Assembly (NCBI GenBank): GCA_036389855.1
Contig: DASVWA010000104.1
Span: forward strand, 1 to 54,971
Reading direction: 5' to 3'
Source of the DNA: Pseudonocardiaceae bacterium
GTDB taxonomy: Bacteria; Actinomycetota; Actinomycetes; Mycobacteriales; Pseudonocardiaceae
Length of the DNA: 54,971 nt
In this document: piece by piece, positions 27,979 to 38,007 of the stretch
Layout of the letters: every line of letters starts with the position of its first letter
Position numbering within the stretch: the first letter of the stretch is position 1
Position numbers and translations under genes: made by a program
Notes under the pieces: generated by a model
The model's input: only the letters and a program-made list of their open reading frames with translations
Databases searched by the model: none
What the model was told of the DNA's origin: nothing

Positions 27979-28944
27979 ATGTTCGCCATCTATGCCGCTG
28001 AGCCGAACCACGAAGACCCGCTGGCCTCGTTGCGTATCGGAGACCGCCCCGACCCGGAGGTGCCCGGCGGCCACGTGGCGGTCACCGTGCGAGCAGCCAG
28101 CTTGAACATGCATGATCTGTGGACGCTGCGTGGAGTGGGCATCAAACCTGAGCAGTACCCGATGATCCTGGGTTGCGACGGTGCTGGCGTGCTGCCCGAC
28201 GGGTCGGAGGTGGTGCTGCACTCCGTCATCCCCAGCCCGGGCTGGATGGGCGATGAGACCCTCGATCCTGACCGAAAGCTACTCACCGAGCAGTTGCAGG
28301 GCAGCTTCGCCGACACCGTCGTCGTACCGGCGCGCAATGTGCTGCCCAAGCCGGCGTCGCTGAGCTTTCCCGAGGCCGCCTGCCTGGGCACGGCCTGGCT
28401 GACCGCCTACCGGATGCTGTTCGTGAAGTCCGGGCTGCGGCCCGGGCAGACCATGCTCGTGCAGGGCGCCTCGGGTGGCGTGTCCACGGCCCTGGTGCAG
28501 CTTGGCCGCGCCGGCGGGATGCGAGTGTGGGCGACCGGGCGTACTGAGGACAAGCGCGAGCTGGCGCGCTCGCTGGGTGCACACCAGACATTTGAATCCG
28601 GTGCTCGGCTGCCCGAGCGGGTCGATGCGGTGTTCGAGACCGTCGGCAAGGCCACCTGGTCCCATTCAGCGAAATCCCTCAAACCGGGCGGGATCATCGT
28701 CTGTTCCGGCGCCACCAGCGGGGACGCTGACCGCGCCGAGCTGACCAGGGTGTTCTTCCTGCAGCTACGGGTAGTGGGCTCGACCATGGGCACCCGCGAC
28801 GAACTGCGCGACTTACTGTCCTTCCTGGACATCTCCGGCGTGCGCCCGCACATCGGCGCAGTGCTACCGATGTCCGAGGCAAAGCAAGGATTCAAAACGA
28901 TGCTCAACGGCGATACCGCCGGCAAACTCGTCTTCACCCGCTGA
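27979..28944 (+). CDS. Zinc-type alcohol dehydrogenase / NADPH:quinone oxidoreductase (MDR superfamily)
   Basis: VRAASLNMHDLW...LVQGASGGVSTALVQLGRAGG (Rossmann GxxGxxG variant)...GKLVF. Confidence 0.85.
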   Translation: MFAIYAAEPNHEDPLASLRIGDRPDPEVPGGHVAVTVRAASLNMHDLWTLRGVGIKPEQYPMILGCDGAGVLPDGSEVVLHSVIPSPGWMGDETLDPDRKLLTEQLQGSFADTVVVPARNVLPKPASLSFPEAACLGTAWLTAYRMLFVKSGLRPGQTMLVQGASGGVSTALVQLGRAGGMRVWATGRTEDKRELARSLGAHQTFESGARLPERVDAVFETVGKATWSHSAKSLKPGGIIVCSGATSGDADRAELTRVFFLQLRVVGSTMGTRDELRDLLSFLDISGVRPHIGAVLPMSEAKQGFKTMLNGDTAGKLVFTR

Positions 28945-28990
28945 CCGAACCACAATAGCTGCGTTCTGTCCCAGAACACGGCAAAGGGGG

Positions 28991-30817
28991 TTACTTGCGG
29001 CCGTCGGTGGAGAGGGCGGCTACGAAAGCCTCTTGGGGGACTTCGACGCGACCGATGGTTTTCATGCGCTTCTTGCCCTCCTTCTGGCGCTCCAGGAGTT
29101 TGCGCTTTCGGGTGATGTCCCCGCCGTAGCACTTGGCCAACACGTCCTTGCGAATGGCGCGGATGGTCTCCCGGGCGATGATCCGGGAGCCGATCGCGGC
29201 CTGGATCGGCACCTCGAACTGCTGGCGTGGAATGAGCTCGCGCAACCTGGTCGCCATGGAGGTGCCGTAGCCGTAGGCGGCCTCGCGGTGCACAATCGCG
29301 GAGAACGCGTCCACCGGCTCACCCTGCAGCAGGATGTCCACCTTCACCAGATCGGCGGCCTGCTCGCCGGCCTCCTCGTAATCCATCGAGGCATACCCGC
29401 GGGTGCGGGACTTCAGCGCGTCGAAGAAGTCGAACACGATCTCGGCCATCGGCAGGGTGTAGCGCAGCTCCACCCGCGACTCAGAGAGATAATCCATTCC
29501 CAGCAGGGTGCCGCGGCGGCCCTGGCAGAGCTCCATGATCGTGCCGACGAACTCCGAAGGCGCAATAAGGGTGCAGCGGACCACCGGCTCGTACACCTCG
29601 GCGACCTTGCCGTCGGGCCAGTCCGCAGGATTGGTGACGGTCTGCTCGGTGCCATCGTCACGGACGATCCGGTAGACCACGTTGGGCGCGGTGGAGATGA
29701 GGTCGAGACCGAATTCACGCTCCAACCGGTCTCGGGTGATCTCCAGGTGCAGCAGGCCGAGAAACCCGCAGCGGAAACCGAACCCCAGCGCAGCCGACGT
29801 CTCCGGCTGGTAGCTCAGAGCGGCATCGTTGAGCCGCAGCTTGTCCAGGGCGTCACGCAGCTCCGGGTAGTCCGAGCCGTCCATCGGGTACAGCCCGGCG
29901 AACACCATCGGTTTGGGAGTGCGGTAGCCGGGCAGCGCCACCGTGGCGCCGTGTCGCTCGCTGGTCACTGTGTCCCCGACCCGGGACTGCCGGACGTCCT
30001 TGACCCCGGTCATGAGGTAGCCAACCTCGCCAACGCCCAGCCCATCACACGGCTTCTGATCAGGCGAGATGATGCCGACCTCGAGCAGCTCGTGGGTGGC
30101 GTTGGTGGACATCATCCGGATCCGGTCCCGCGGGGTGATCCGGCCGTCCATCACTCGGATGTAGGTGACCACGCCCCGGTAGGAGTCATACACCGAGTCG
30201 AAAATCATCGCCCTGACCGGCGCGGCGCTGTCGCCCACTGGAGCCGGGACCTGCTCGACCACCACGTCGAGCAACTCACGCACGCCCTGCCCAGTCTTCG
30301 CACTGACCCGCAGCACGTCATCGGGCTGGCAGCCGATGATGTGCGCCAGCTCGGCGGCGTAGCGGTCCGGTTCAGCCGCCGGGAGGTCGATCTTGTTGAG
30401 CACGGGGATGATCCGTAGATCCTTCTCCAGCGCCAGATACAGGTTCGCCAACGTCTGGGCCTCGATGCCCTGCGCCGCGTCCACCAGCAAGACCGCACCC
30501 TCACAGGCCTCCAAGGCGCGGGAGACCTCGTATGTGAAGTCGACGTGCCCGGGAGTGTCGATCAGGTGCAACACATGATCCACGCCGTCGACGCGCCAGG
30601 GTAACCGCACGTTCTGCGCCTTGATGGTGATACCGCGCTCACGCTCGATGTCCATCCGGTCCAGGTACTGCGCACGGTAGTTGCGCGCATCGAGCACGCC
30701 GGTGAGCTGCAGCATTCGGTCGGCCAGGGTGGACTTGCCGTGGTCGATGTGCGCGATGACGCAGAAGTTGCGGATCAGCTCAGGAGGGGTGAACGTCTTG
30801 TCGGCGAACGTGGGCAC
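28991..30817 (-). CDS. lepA: Elongation factor 4 (LepA)
   Basis: [35 protein letters not shown] and the C-terminal LepA domain, 608 aa in total. Confidence 0.97.
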   Translation of the reverse strand: MPTFADKTFTPPELIRNFCVIAHIDHGKSTLADRMLQLTGVLDARNYRAQYLDRMDIERERGITIKAQNVRLPWRVDGVDHVLHLIDTPGHVDFTYEVSRALEACEGAVLLVDAAQGIEAQTLANLYLALEKDLRIIPVLNKIDLPAAEPDRYAAELAHIIGCQPDDVLRVSAKTGQGVRELLDVVVEQVPAPVGDSAAPVRAMIFDSVYDSYRGVVTYIRVMDGRITPRDRIRMMSTNATHELLEVGIISPDQKPCDGLGVGEVGYLMTGVKDVRQSRVGDTVTSERHGATVALPGYRTPKPMVFAGLYPMDGSDYPELRDALDKLRLNDAALSYQPETSAALGFGFRCGFLGLLHLEITRDRLEREFGLDLISTAPNVVYRIVRDDGTEQTVTNPADWPDGKVAEVYEPVVRCTLIAPSEFVGTIMELCQGRRGTLLGMDYLSESRVELRYTLPMAEIVFDFFDALKSRTRGYASMDYEEAGEQAADLVKVDILLQGEPVDAFSAIVHREAAYGYGTSMATRLRELIPRQQFEVPIQAAIGSRIIARETIRAIRKDVLAKCYGGDITRKRKLLERQKEGKKRMKTIGRVEVPQEAFVAALSTDGRK

Positions 30818-30918
30818 TCAGCAGTCCTCAATGGTTAGGGGATCACGTCATGGTCCCACGTCACGGCGAAGGGACTGCGATATGGCCGTCGGCGGGGCCA
30901 CTCTCGGGGACGTCCCGG

Positions 30919-31551
30919 ATGCCCCGGCGCAATCACGGTGGTGAGCTGGGTGCCGTGAACGATGTGCTGATGCGGCTGCTCGACGCCGGATTCGGGCACC
31001 CCCGCGGAGTGCTTGGCCGGCTCGGCGGCGCGCTGATGGTGCTGGGCAACGGGGAGCAGGAGCGCTGGGCTGTGGAACAAGCCGGGCTACGACCTGGGCA
31101 TCGGGTCCTGGAGGTCGGCCCCGGACCGGGTTTGGGCCTGCGGCTGGCGGCCGCGGAGATCAGCCCGGGCGGGCAGGTCATCGGCGTCGATCCCTCCGCG
31201 GTGATGCGCGAGATGGCCACCGCCCGGTGCGCCTCGCTGATCGCCGACGGCGTGGTCACGTTGGTCGACGGCACCGCCGAACGTACCGGCTGTGACAGCG
31301 CATCGGTGGACGCCGCGATCTCGGTCAACAACATCATGTTGTGGGATCGGCCGGCCGGGTTCGTCGAGCTGGCGCGAGTGCTGCGACCAGGCGGGCGGTT
31401 GGTCATCACCGTGCACAGGCACATCCTCGACGTCGAGCCGGCAGCGCTCGGCGACGAGGCTCGCCGCGCGGGGCTGATCGACGTGCACGTCGACGTCCGT
31501 CCGCGACAGCGCAACGAACCAAAGGCGCAGCTACTCGCCGGGCGGCCCTGA
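30919..31551 (+). CDS. Class I SAM-dependent methyltransferase
   Basis: VLEVGPGPGLGL (motif I), ISVNNIMLW, LRPGGRLVI. The start is uncertain: ATG 30919, GTG 30955 or the maximal ORF at 30850. Confidence 0.75.
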   Translation: MPRRNHGGELGAVNDVLMRLLDAGFGHPRGVLGRLGGALMVLGNGEQERWAVEQAGLRPGHRVLEVGPGPGLGLRLAAAEISPGGQVIGVDPSAVMREMATARCASLIADGVVTLVDGTAERTGCDSASVDAAISVNNIMLWDRPAGFVELARVLRPGGRLVITVHRHILDVEPAALGDEARRAGLIDVHVDVRPRQRNEPKAQLLAGRP

Positions 31552-31552
31552 C

Positions 31553-31595
31553 TGCCGCTGTTCGCTCTGATCCTGATTTGCCGCTGTTCGCTCTG
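31553..31595 (+). promoter_or_regulatory. Two identical 17-nt direct repeats (26-bp period) upstream of cynS
   Basis: TGCCGCTGTTCGCTCTG at 31553-31569 and again at 31579-31595. They lie 66 nt before the cynS GTG. Confidence 0.4.
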
Positions 31596-31660
31596 GGCAG
31601 CGTGACGCCGACCAGATCCACCGGGATGATCGTAAGAGAATCCACCAGGAGGAGACCACC

Positions 31661-32125
31661 GTGACGATCGTTCCCCTGCCTACGCTCGGACGCCGGGAAG
31701 CCGCGGCCGCCGCATTGGCCGCCAAGCACCGCCTCGAGGTGGCGTGGACGACCATCGCGGAGACTCTGGACCGGTCGCTGGTGTGGAGCACATCGGCGGT
31801 CTTGGGCCAGCAGCCACTGGACGCCGAACAGGCCCGCGCTGTGGGGCGCTTGCTTGATCTGGACGACGATGTCATCACGGCGCTGCAATTACCGCCGGTG
31901 CGCGGCTCGGACATGGTCGATACCACCGAGCCGGTGGTCTACCGGCTGCAGGAGATGGTGCAGGTCTACGGCAGCACGCTGGCCGAGCTGATCCGCGAGG
32001 AGTTCGGTGACGGCATCATGAGCGCCATCGACTTCGAGTTGTCGCTCGAACGTCGCGAAGACCCCAAAGGCGATCGGGTACGGCTGATACTGGACGGGAA
32101 GTTTCTGCCATACCGGGTCTTCTAA
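31661..32125 (+). CDS. cynS: Cyanase (cyanate hydratase)
   Basis: An N-terminal HTH-like half, and a C-terminal half YRLQEMVQVYGSTLAELIREEFGDGIMSAIDFELSLERREDPKGDRVRLILDGKFLPY, characteristic of CynS. Confidence 0.9.
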   Translation: MTIVPLPTLGRREAAAAALAAKHRLEVAWTTIAETLDRSLVWSTSAVLGQQPLDAEQARAVGRLLDLDDDVITALQLPPVRGSDMVDTTEPVVYRLQEMVQVYGSTLAELIREEFGDGIMSAIDFELSLERREDPKGDRVRLILDGKFLPYRVF

Positions 32126-32508
32126 GCACTCGACGACCGCTGGTCAACGCGCAGCGGGTGGTCAGCGGGCACCTCGACGATCACCAGCCGCAGCCCGTCC
32201 GGATCGACGATCCACATCTCGTCCAGCCCCCAGGGTTCACGACGCGGCTCGCGCAGCACCTGAACACCCCGCTCAACGAGCTCGGCTGCCGTTGCCGCCA
32301 AGTCGCGGACCTGTAGCCATACCGCGGTGGCCGCGTTCGGGTTCACAGCAGACTCCCCTGACACCTCGAGAAAGCCACCGCCGAGGACGAAGACTGTGCC
32401 GCCGGGGAACTCGCGGTGGACGGCGAGCCCCAGGACGTCACGGTAGAAAGCCGTCGCACGCTCGCGATCTCGCGGGTGGAGCAGGATACGGCTGCTCAGC
32501 ACCTCCAT
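32122..32508 (-). CDS. VOC (glyoxalase/bleomycin-resistance) family protein
   Basis: ILLHPRDRERATAFYRDVLGL...WLQVRDL...PWGLDEMWIVDPDGLRLVIVE. Confidence 0.8.
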   Translation of the reverse strand: MEVLSSRILLHPRDRERATAFYRDVLGLAVHREFPGGTVFVLGGGFLEVSGESAVNPNAATAVWLQVRDLAATAAELVERGVQVLREPRREPWGLDEMWIVDPDGLRLVIVEVPADHPLRVDQRSSSA

Positions 32509-32641
32509 GACCCAACACCTCCATGTGCGGTCTACCGGCTTTGTCCGGGGTTTCCCCGGGGGCCGTCGTACCCACTGCTAGGCTTGTTCACCGTGCCGCG
32601 CCAAGGCACCCCCTCCTGAAGGCGAGATCGAAGGTAGACGC

Positions 32642-32902
32642 GTGGCCAACATCAAGTCGCAGCTGAAGCGGATCCGGACCAACGAGAAGGCGCGACTGCG
32701 CAACAAGTCCATCAAGTCGTCGCTCAAGACAGCGGTCCGCCGGTTTCGCGAAGCCGCCGCCGCCGGCGAGAAGGACCGGGCACTGGGTGAGCTGCAGACT
32801 GCCAGCCGTCGGCTGGACAAGGCCGTGAGCAAGGGCGTGATTCACCGCAACCAGGCAGCGAACCGCAAATCGGCGATGGCCAAGCGAGCCGGTAAATTAT
32901 AA
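32642..32902 (+). CDS. rpsT: 30S ribosomal protein S20
   Basis: [35 protein letters not shown]...[14 protein letters not shown]. Confidence 0.96.
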   Translation: MANIKSQLKRIRTNEKARLRNKSIKSSLKTAVRRFREAAAAGEKDRALGELQTASRRLDKAVSKGVIHRNQAANRKSAMAKRAGKL

Positions 32903-32918
32903 TTCCAGCGCATCACCA

Positions 32919-33887
32919 CTAGCGGCGCCGGGCGGCGCACAGCGCCAGCACCGCGCGTTCCAGCGCGTACTCGGCGTCCGCGGCTACGCCCTTGACGTCG
33001 GCGTTGACCGCGGCCACCAGCTGCATCGCCTGGGCCAGCCCTTCGCGCTCCCAGCCGCGCGATTGCGCCATCGCCTTCTTGACCTTCCACGGCGGCATGC
33101 CCAGCGTGCTGGCCAGGCGGTACGGGTCGCCCCGGCCAGCGGCACTCACCCGGGCAACCGTGCGGACGGCGTCGGCGAGTGCGTCAGCGACCAGCACGTG
33201 CGGCACGCCCAGCTGCATCGCCCAGCGCAACATCTCCAAAGCGCCGGCGCGGTCCCCGGTCATCGCCTTCTCCGCAACCGAGAAACCGGTGACCTCGGCG
33301 CGACCGCGGTGGTACCGGCGCACCGCGACCTCGTCCACCGAGCCGCCGGAGTCGGTGGTCAGCTGGGCCGCGGCGCAGGCGAGTTCGCGAAGGTCGGAAC
33401 CTACGGCGTCAAGCAGGGCAGTGACGGCGCCGGCGCTGATGCGCCCTCCGGCCCGGTGCACCTCGTCGCGCACGAATGCCGCTCGATCTTCGAAGCGGGT
33501 GATCCGGGGGCATTCGCTGACCGCGGCACCCGCCGCGCGCAGCCCGTCGGCCAGCGCTTTGCCGCGACCGCCCCCTGCGTGCGTGACGACGAGGACGATG
33601 CCCTCGGATGGGTTGCGCAGGTATCCCAAGATCGTATCGGCGATGTCCTTGCCCGCCTCGTGAGCGGCCAGCAGCACCACCACCCGCCCTTGAGCGAACA
33701 GCGACGGGCTGACCAGCTCGCCCAGCTCACCCGAAACCAGGTCGGTGCTGCGCACCCGGCGAACTTCGATCTCTGGATCAATGCGCCGCGCGGCGTCCAC
33801 CGCGGTCTGCACTGCCCGCTCGACAAGCAGTTCCTCCTCGCCGAGGACCAGATGCAGCGGTGCGGACGTCACCGTCGGGGGGCTCAC
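32919..33887 (-). CDS. holA: DNA polymerase III subunit delta
   Basis: LHLVLGEEELLVERAV...SPSLFAQGRVVVL.... 322 aa, in the conserved position next to rpsT and comEC. Confidence 0.88.
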   Translation of the reverse strand: MSPPTVTSAPLHLVLGEEELLVERAVQTAVDAARRIDPEIEVRRVRSTDLVSGELGELVSPSLFAQGRVVVLLAAHEAGKDIADTILGYLRNPSEGIVLVVTHAGGGRGKALADGLRAAGAAVSECPRITRFEDRAAFVRDEVHRAGGRISAGAVTALLDAVGSDLRELACAAAQLTTDSGGSVDEVAVRRYHRGRAEVTGFSVAEKAMTGDRAGALEMLRWAMQLGVPHVLVADALADAVRTVARVSAAGRGDPYRLASTLGMPPWKVKKAMAQSRGWEREGLAQAMQLVAAVNADVKGVAADAEYALERAVLALCAARRR

Positions 33888-33994
33888 GGCGCCTATCCTT
33901 GCATCGAAGCCCGATCCGATCCGAGCTCCCGCATGGTGGACTTGGCTGGGCCTCGGTACCGACTGACGTTACGGTGAGGACCACAACCGAATAC

Positions 33995-34131
33995 CGCTCA
34001 TCCAGAGGGGCAGAGGGATCGGCCCGACGAAGCCCCGGCAACCGACGCTAGCTGACGCGCATGTCTACATACCGCGAGGTCGCTTGCGATCACGGTGCCA
34101 ATTCCGACCCGCCGTGCGGGAGAGATGAGGA
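33995..34131 (+). promoter_or_regulatory. SAM-I (S-box) riboswitch
   Basis: CTCATCCAGAGGGGCAGAGGGATCGGCCCGACGAAGCCCCGGCAACC ... GGTGCCAATTCCGACCCGCCGTGCGGGAGAGATGAG. The P1 3-prime strand runs into the GAGGAG Shine-Dalgarno of the downstream gene. Confidence 0.85.
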
Positions 34132-34139
34132 GAGACCTC

Positions 34140-35399
34140 GTGATGACTGGCACGCTAGAGACCCGGACTGCACTGGACCTTGGCCCGGCACGCCAGCTGG
34201 TGTGCCGAGAATGCGGCGCCAGCACACCGCTGGCGGCGGAGTTCGCCTGTGCTGAGTGTTTCGGTCCGCTGGAAGTTGATTATGACTTCGGGTCGGTCAC
34301 CCACAAGGAGATCGAATCCGGACCTTCGTCGATCTGGCGCTACCGGGGCCTGCTGCCAGTGCCCAACGACGTTGACGAATATTCGAACACCCAGCCCGGC
34401 ATGACCCGGCTGATCCGTGCCGATCGGCTCGCTGACGCGCTGGGAATCCGCCGGCTCTGGATCAAGGACGACACCGGCAACCCGACGCACTCGTTCAAGG
34501 ACCGGGTGGTGGCGGTGGCGCTGGCCGCCGCTCGACAGCTGAACTTCCGCGTGCTGGCCTGTCCCTCTACCGGCAACCTGGCCAACGCGGTGGCCGCTGC
34601 GGCCGCCCGAGCCGGGTGGGAGTCGGTGGTGCTCATCCCCTCCTCACTGGAGCGGGCCAAGGTACTCACCACCGCGGTTTACGACGGCGCGTTGATCGCA
34701 GTGGACGGCACTTACGACGACGTCAACCGGCTGGCCACCGAGCTCGCTGCTGAACACGAGGACTGGGCCTTCGTCAACGTCAACGTCCGTCCCTACTACG
34801 CCGAAGGGTCCAAGACACTGGGTTACGAAGTCGCCGAGCAGCTTGGTTGGCGGCTGCCAGATCAGGTCGTGGTACCGATCGCATCCGGTTCACAGCTGAC
34901 CAAAGTGGACAAGGGCTTTCGTGAATTCACCGAGCTGGGCCTGGTGGAGCCGAAGCGCTACCGGATATTCGGAGCCCAGGCCACTGGCTGTTCGCCGGTT
35001 TCCGCGGCCTTCAAAGCCGGTCACGATGTGGTCCAGCCGGTCCGGCCAGACACCATCGCCCGCTCGTTGGCCATCGGCGCGCCTGCCGATGGCCCCTATG
35101 CATTGGATGTCGTCCGTCGCACCAGTGGCGCGATCGAGGACGTCACCGACGCACAGGTCGTCGAGGGCATCCGGCTACTGGCCCGTACCGAGGGCATTTT
35201 CGCTGAAACCGCCGGGGGGGTAACGGTGGCCTGCGCGAAGAAGCTGGTTGAAAACGGGAGTCTGGACCCCGACGCCGAAACCGTCCTGCTCATTACCGGT
35301 GATGGGCTCAAGACCTTGGAAGCGGTGCAGGACCACCTTGGACCGCGAGCCACCGTGCCCGCGAACACCAAGGCCGTTCGCGCGGCGCTGAAAGGCTGA
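34140..35399 (+). CDS. Threonine-synthase-family PLP enzyme with N-terminal zinc ribbon (ThrC-like; function may not be threonine synthesis)
   Basis: CRECG...CAECFGPLEV zinc ribbon, PLP-lysine motif NPTHSFKDRVV, and CPSTGNLANAVAAAAA. The start is GTG 34140 or ATG 34143, 7-10 nt after GAGGAG. Confidence 0.85.
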   Translation: MMTGTLETRTALDLGPARQLVCRECGASTPLAAEFACAECFGPLEVDYDFGSVTHKEIESGPSSIWRYRGLLPVPNDVDEYSNTQPGMTRLIRADRLADALGIRRLWIKDDTGNPTHSFKDRVVAVALAAARQLNFRVLACPSTGNLANAVAAAAARAGWESVVLIPSSLERAKVLTTAVYDGALIAVDGTYDDVNRLATELAAEHEDWAFVNVNVRPYYAEGSKTLGYEVAEQLGWRLPDQVVVPIASGSQLTKVDKGFREFTELGLVEPKRYRIFGAQATGCSPVSAAFKAGHDVVQPVRPDTIARSLAIGAPADGPYALDVVRRTSGAIEDVTDAQVVEGIRLLARTEGIFAETAGGVTVACAKKLVENGSLDPDAETVLLITGDGLKTLEAVQDHLGPRATVPANTKAVRAALKG

Positions 35400-35600
35400 T
35401 AGCGCGTAACGCAGCCGTCACCGAGCCCGGCCATGGCCCTGTGTTCAGGCTCCGGTCAAACCACTCAATGGACCGCAGGCACGGCTTCACCGGCGAATCC
35501 ATCCCTGGAGGATCTCTGCGTATCGCCAGCTCCGCCGCTGGAAGACTCTCGCGCTGACTCGACGCTAGCTGGATAGGCGCGCCCGCCAACCCGCCTTCGC

Positions 35601-37973
35601 TTAAGGAGGGCGTTGTGCCGCTCCGCGCATCACCACCTGGAGGCCGGTCCTCCCCGCTGCCACTAAGACGTCGCCGTTGAGATCCGTGCGCCCCACTTGA
35701 GATCCCGTGCGGGCCAGGGCATCGAGTACATGCTGGCTCGGATGACCGTAACGGTTATGTGCTCCCACGCTCACGATCGCTACTCGCGGTTCTACTGCTG
35801 AGAAGAACTCCTTGGCGGCGTAGCGCGAGCCGTGGTGCGGGACTTTGAGCACGTCAGCTCGCAGATCAGTCTTCGCGGCAAGCAGGTCCGCTTGAGCATC
35901 AAGCTCCACGTCTCCGGTCAGCAGCACCCGCCCAGCAGGGGTGGTCGCCCTCAGCACGACCGAGGCGTTGTTCACCACGGTGCCATCAACCTCGGCGTCG
36001 TGGTCTCCAACCACCGACGAGGCGCGCAGCGGGGCTAGCACGTCGAGCACCAGGCCAGGCCAGGACAGCCGCTGTCCAGCAGCCACCGCGACCACCGGCA
36101 CGTGAGCCACCGCAGCGGCCCGCAACACCTCGGCGAACGCCCACGGCGGGCTACGTCCAGGGCCGAGCGCGACCGCGCTGACGGTCCGTCCCCGCAGCGC
36201 GCCGACCAGCCCGCCGACGTGATCAGCGTGCAGGTGGCTGATCACGATCAGAGCGAGCCGCTGGACCCCTAGGCGGTCCAGGCAAGCCGACACCGGACCC
36301 GGGTCGGGTCCGGTGTCGACCAGCACCGCCCGATCCGGCTCCGCGGTGGCCAGTACCACCGCGTCGCCTTGGCCGACGTCGCATGCCGTTACTACCCAGC
36401 CGGTTACCGGCCAACCCGGCAACACATACCGCGTCGGCACCAGTACAAGCAGGGCGCCGACCAATCCGGCCGTCACGAGTACCCGCAGCCGATGTGCCCG
36501 CATCGCGAACAACACCGCACCAACGAGCAACGCCAACAGCAGTGCACCGGAGGTCCCTCCTGGCCACTGCATCACCCCGTCGGGGACAGCGGCCCCATGG
36601 TGACCCACGCCCACTAGCCAACCCACCACCGGTCCAGCCACATGCACGACGACGGCAGCGGTGGCGGGGTGCAACGGTCCGAGCACCGCGGCGAGCACGC
36701 CGAGCACAGTCGCCGGTGCGACCGCCGGGGCAGCGAGCAGGTTGGCCAGCGCTGCCACCAGACTCACCTGCCCGGACAGGCCTGCCACCACCGGCGCGGT
36801 GATCACGTGGGCGGCCACGGGCACCGCGAGTGCCTCGGCAATCCCCGGCGGCACCCCGTGACGGCGCAGCCCAGCCGCCCACCCAGGTGCGAGCAAAACC
36901 AGCGCACCGGTGGCCAGAACCGATAGTGCGAAGCCCGGATCACCTCCTAACGCCGGATCGACCAGGAGCAAGGCCAGCACTGCACCGCACAACGCGGGAA
37001 CCGCCGAGCGACGGCGGCCGAGCATCAGGGCCAGCAGGGTGACGGCGCCCATCGCAGCGGCGCGCAGCACACTTGGTGAGGGCCGGCACAGCACCACGAA
37101 GCCGACCAGGACCACCCCGGCCAGGATGGCCGCGGTCCGCGGTCCGGCCCGAGCCAGCCGAGCCAATCCCAGAACAGCCCCACACAAGATCGCCACGTTG
37201 GCTCCGGAGACGGCAGTCAAGTGCGCCAGACCCGCGGCGCGGAACTCCTCTTCGACTGTGGGCACCATTGTTGAGGTGTCCCCCACCACCAGAGCGGGCA
37301 GCAAACCGGCCGGTTCGGGATCGAGGACTCCGGCCGCCACCCGCAACCCGGACCGCAGCCGCTCGGCAACCCGTTGCACTGCAGTTGGCGCCGCCAGCAG
37401 CTCCGGCTGACCTCGCACCCGCAGCACGGCAACCGTCAGGTCGGACCGGTTCGGTACGGTGAGCAGCCCGGTGGCCCGCACCCGCTGGCCGGGTAGCAAG
37501 CCGGTCCAGCCCTGCGCCGGAACCAGCAGAACCACCCGACCGCCGGTCCGCCATTGCCGCCCGGCCAGCTGCGCAGCCTCGAGTTCGGCGCGGATGACCA
37601 TCCGTTGCGGCTGCGGTCGCCGACCGCCGTAACCCGATGAGTCGACGGCCTGCGGGTCGTCGCTCAACTGCACAGATACTGTCGCTGGCAAGCCGCCTTC
37701 CGCCCCGGCTCGCACCGGATGACGCTCAACTTGCCACGCCTGCACGCCCACCACGAGTGCCAGTGATGCGGCCGCCCCGCCCACTGCGAGCATCGCTGCC
37801 GACCGGCCGCGCAGCACGACAACACCGGCAGCCAGCAGGGCCCCTGCACCCAATGCGGCCGCGGCCGCCGGCCCCAGGTGCAACCCGGTGAGCACCACGG
37901 CCCAGCCGGCCAGCGCAGCGGGCACCAGGCGCAGGTCATGCCGCGCTGGGGCAACAGCTGCGTCGGCGGTCAT
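35601..37973 (-). CDS. comEC: ComEC/Rec2 family DNA internalization channel protein with metallo-beta-lactamase domain
   Basis: A polytopic competence domain, then TACDVGQGDAVVL...VISHLHADHVGG...KVPHHGS. The ATG at 37973 is preceded by GGAGG. The maximal ORF extends to 38060. Confidence 0.88.
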   Translation of the reverse strand: MTADAAVAPARHDLRLVPAALAGWAVVLTGLHLGPAAAAALGAGALLAAGVVVLRGRSAAMLAVGGAAASLALVVGVQAWQVERHPVRAGAEGGLPATVSVQLSDDPQAVDSSGYGGRRPQPQRMVIRAELEAAQLAGRQWRTGGRVVLLVPAQGWTGLLPGQRVRATGLLTVPNRSDLTVAVLRVRGQPELLAAPTAVQRVAERLRSGLRVAAGVLDPEPAGLLPALVVGDTSTMVPTVEEEFRAAGLAHLTAVSGANVAILCGAVLGLARLARAGPRTAAILAGVVLVGFVVLCRPSPSVLRAAAMGAVTLLALMLGRRRSAVPALCGAVLALLLVDPALGGDPGFALSVLATGALVLLAPGWAAGLRRHGVPPGIAEALAVPVAAHVITAPVVAGLSGQVSLVAALANLLAAPAVAPATVLGVLAAVLGPLHPATAAVVVHVAGPVVGWLVGVGHHGAAVPDGVMQWPGGTSGALLLALLVGAVLFAMRAHRLRVLVTAGLVGALLVLVPTRYVLPGWPVTGWVVTACDVGQGDAVVLATAEPDRAVLVDTGPDPGPVSACLDRLGVQRLALIVISHLHADHVGGLVGALRGRTVSAVALGPGRSPPWAFAEVLRAAAVAHVPVVAVAAGQRLSWPGLVLDVLAPLRASSVVGDHDAEVDGTVVNNASVVLRATTPAGRVLLTGDVELDAQADLLAAKTDLRADVLKVPHHGSRYAAKEFFSAVEPRVAIVSVGAHNRYGHPSQHVLDALARTGSQVGRTDLNGDVLVAAGRTGLQVVMRGAAQRPP

Positions 37974-38007
37974 CACGCCGCCTCCGCGGGAAGAAGCGCG
38001 TCGGTGG

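Noticed and set aside
35432-35575. 47-codon ORF downstream of the ThrC-like gene, considered as a MetO/ThiS-like sulfur carrier
   Set aside because: Its GC3 is low and unlike real genes here, it has no beta-grasp-like pattern, and it ends in LAG rather than the GG terminus required for thiocarboxylation.
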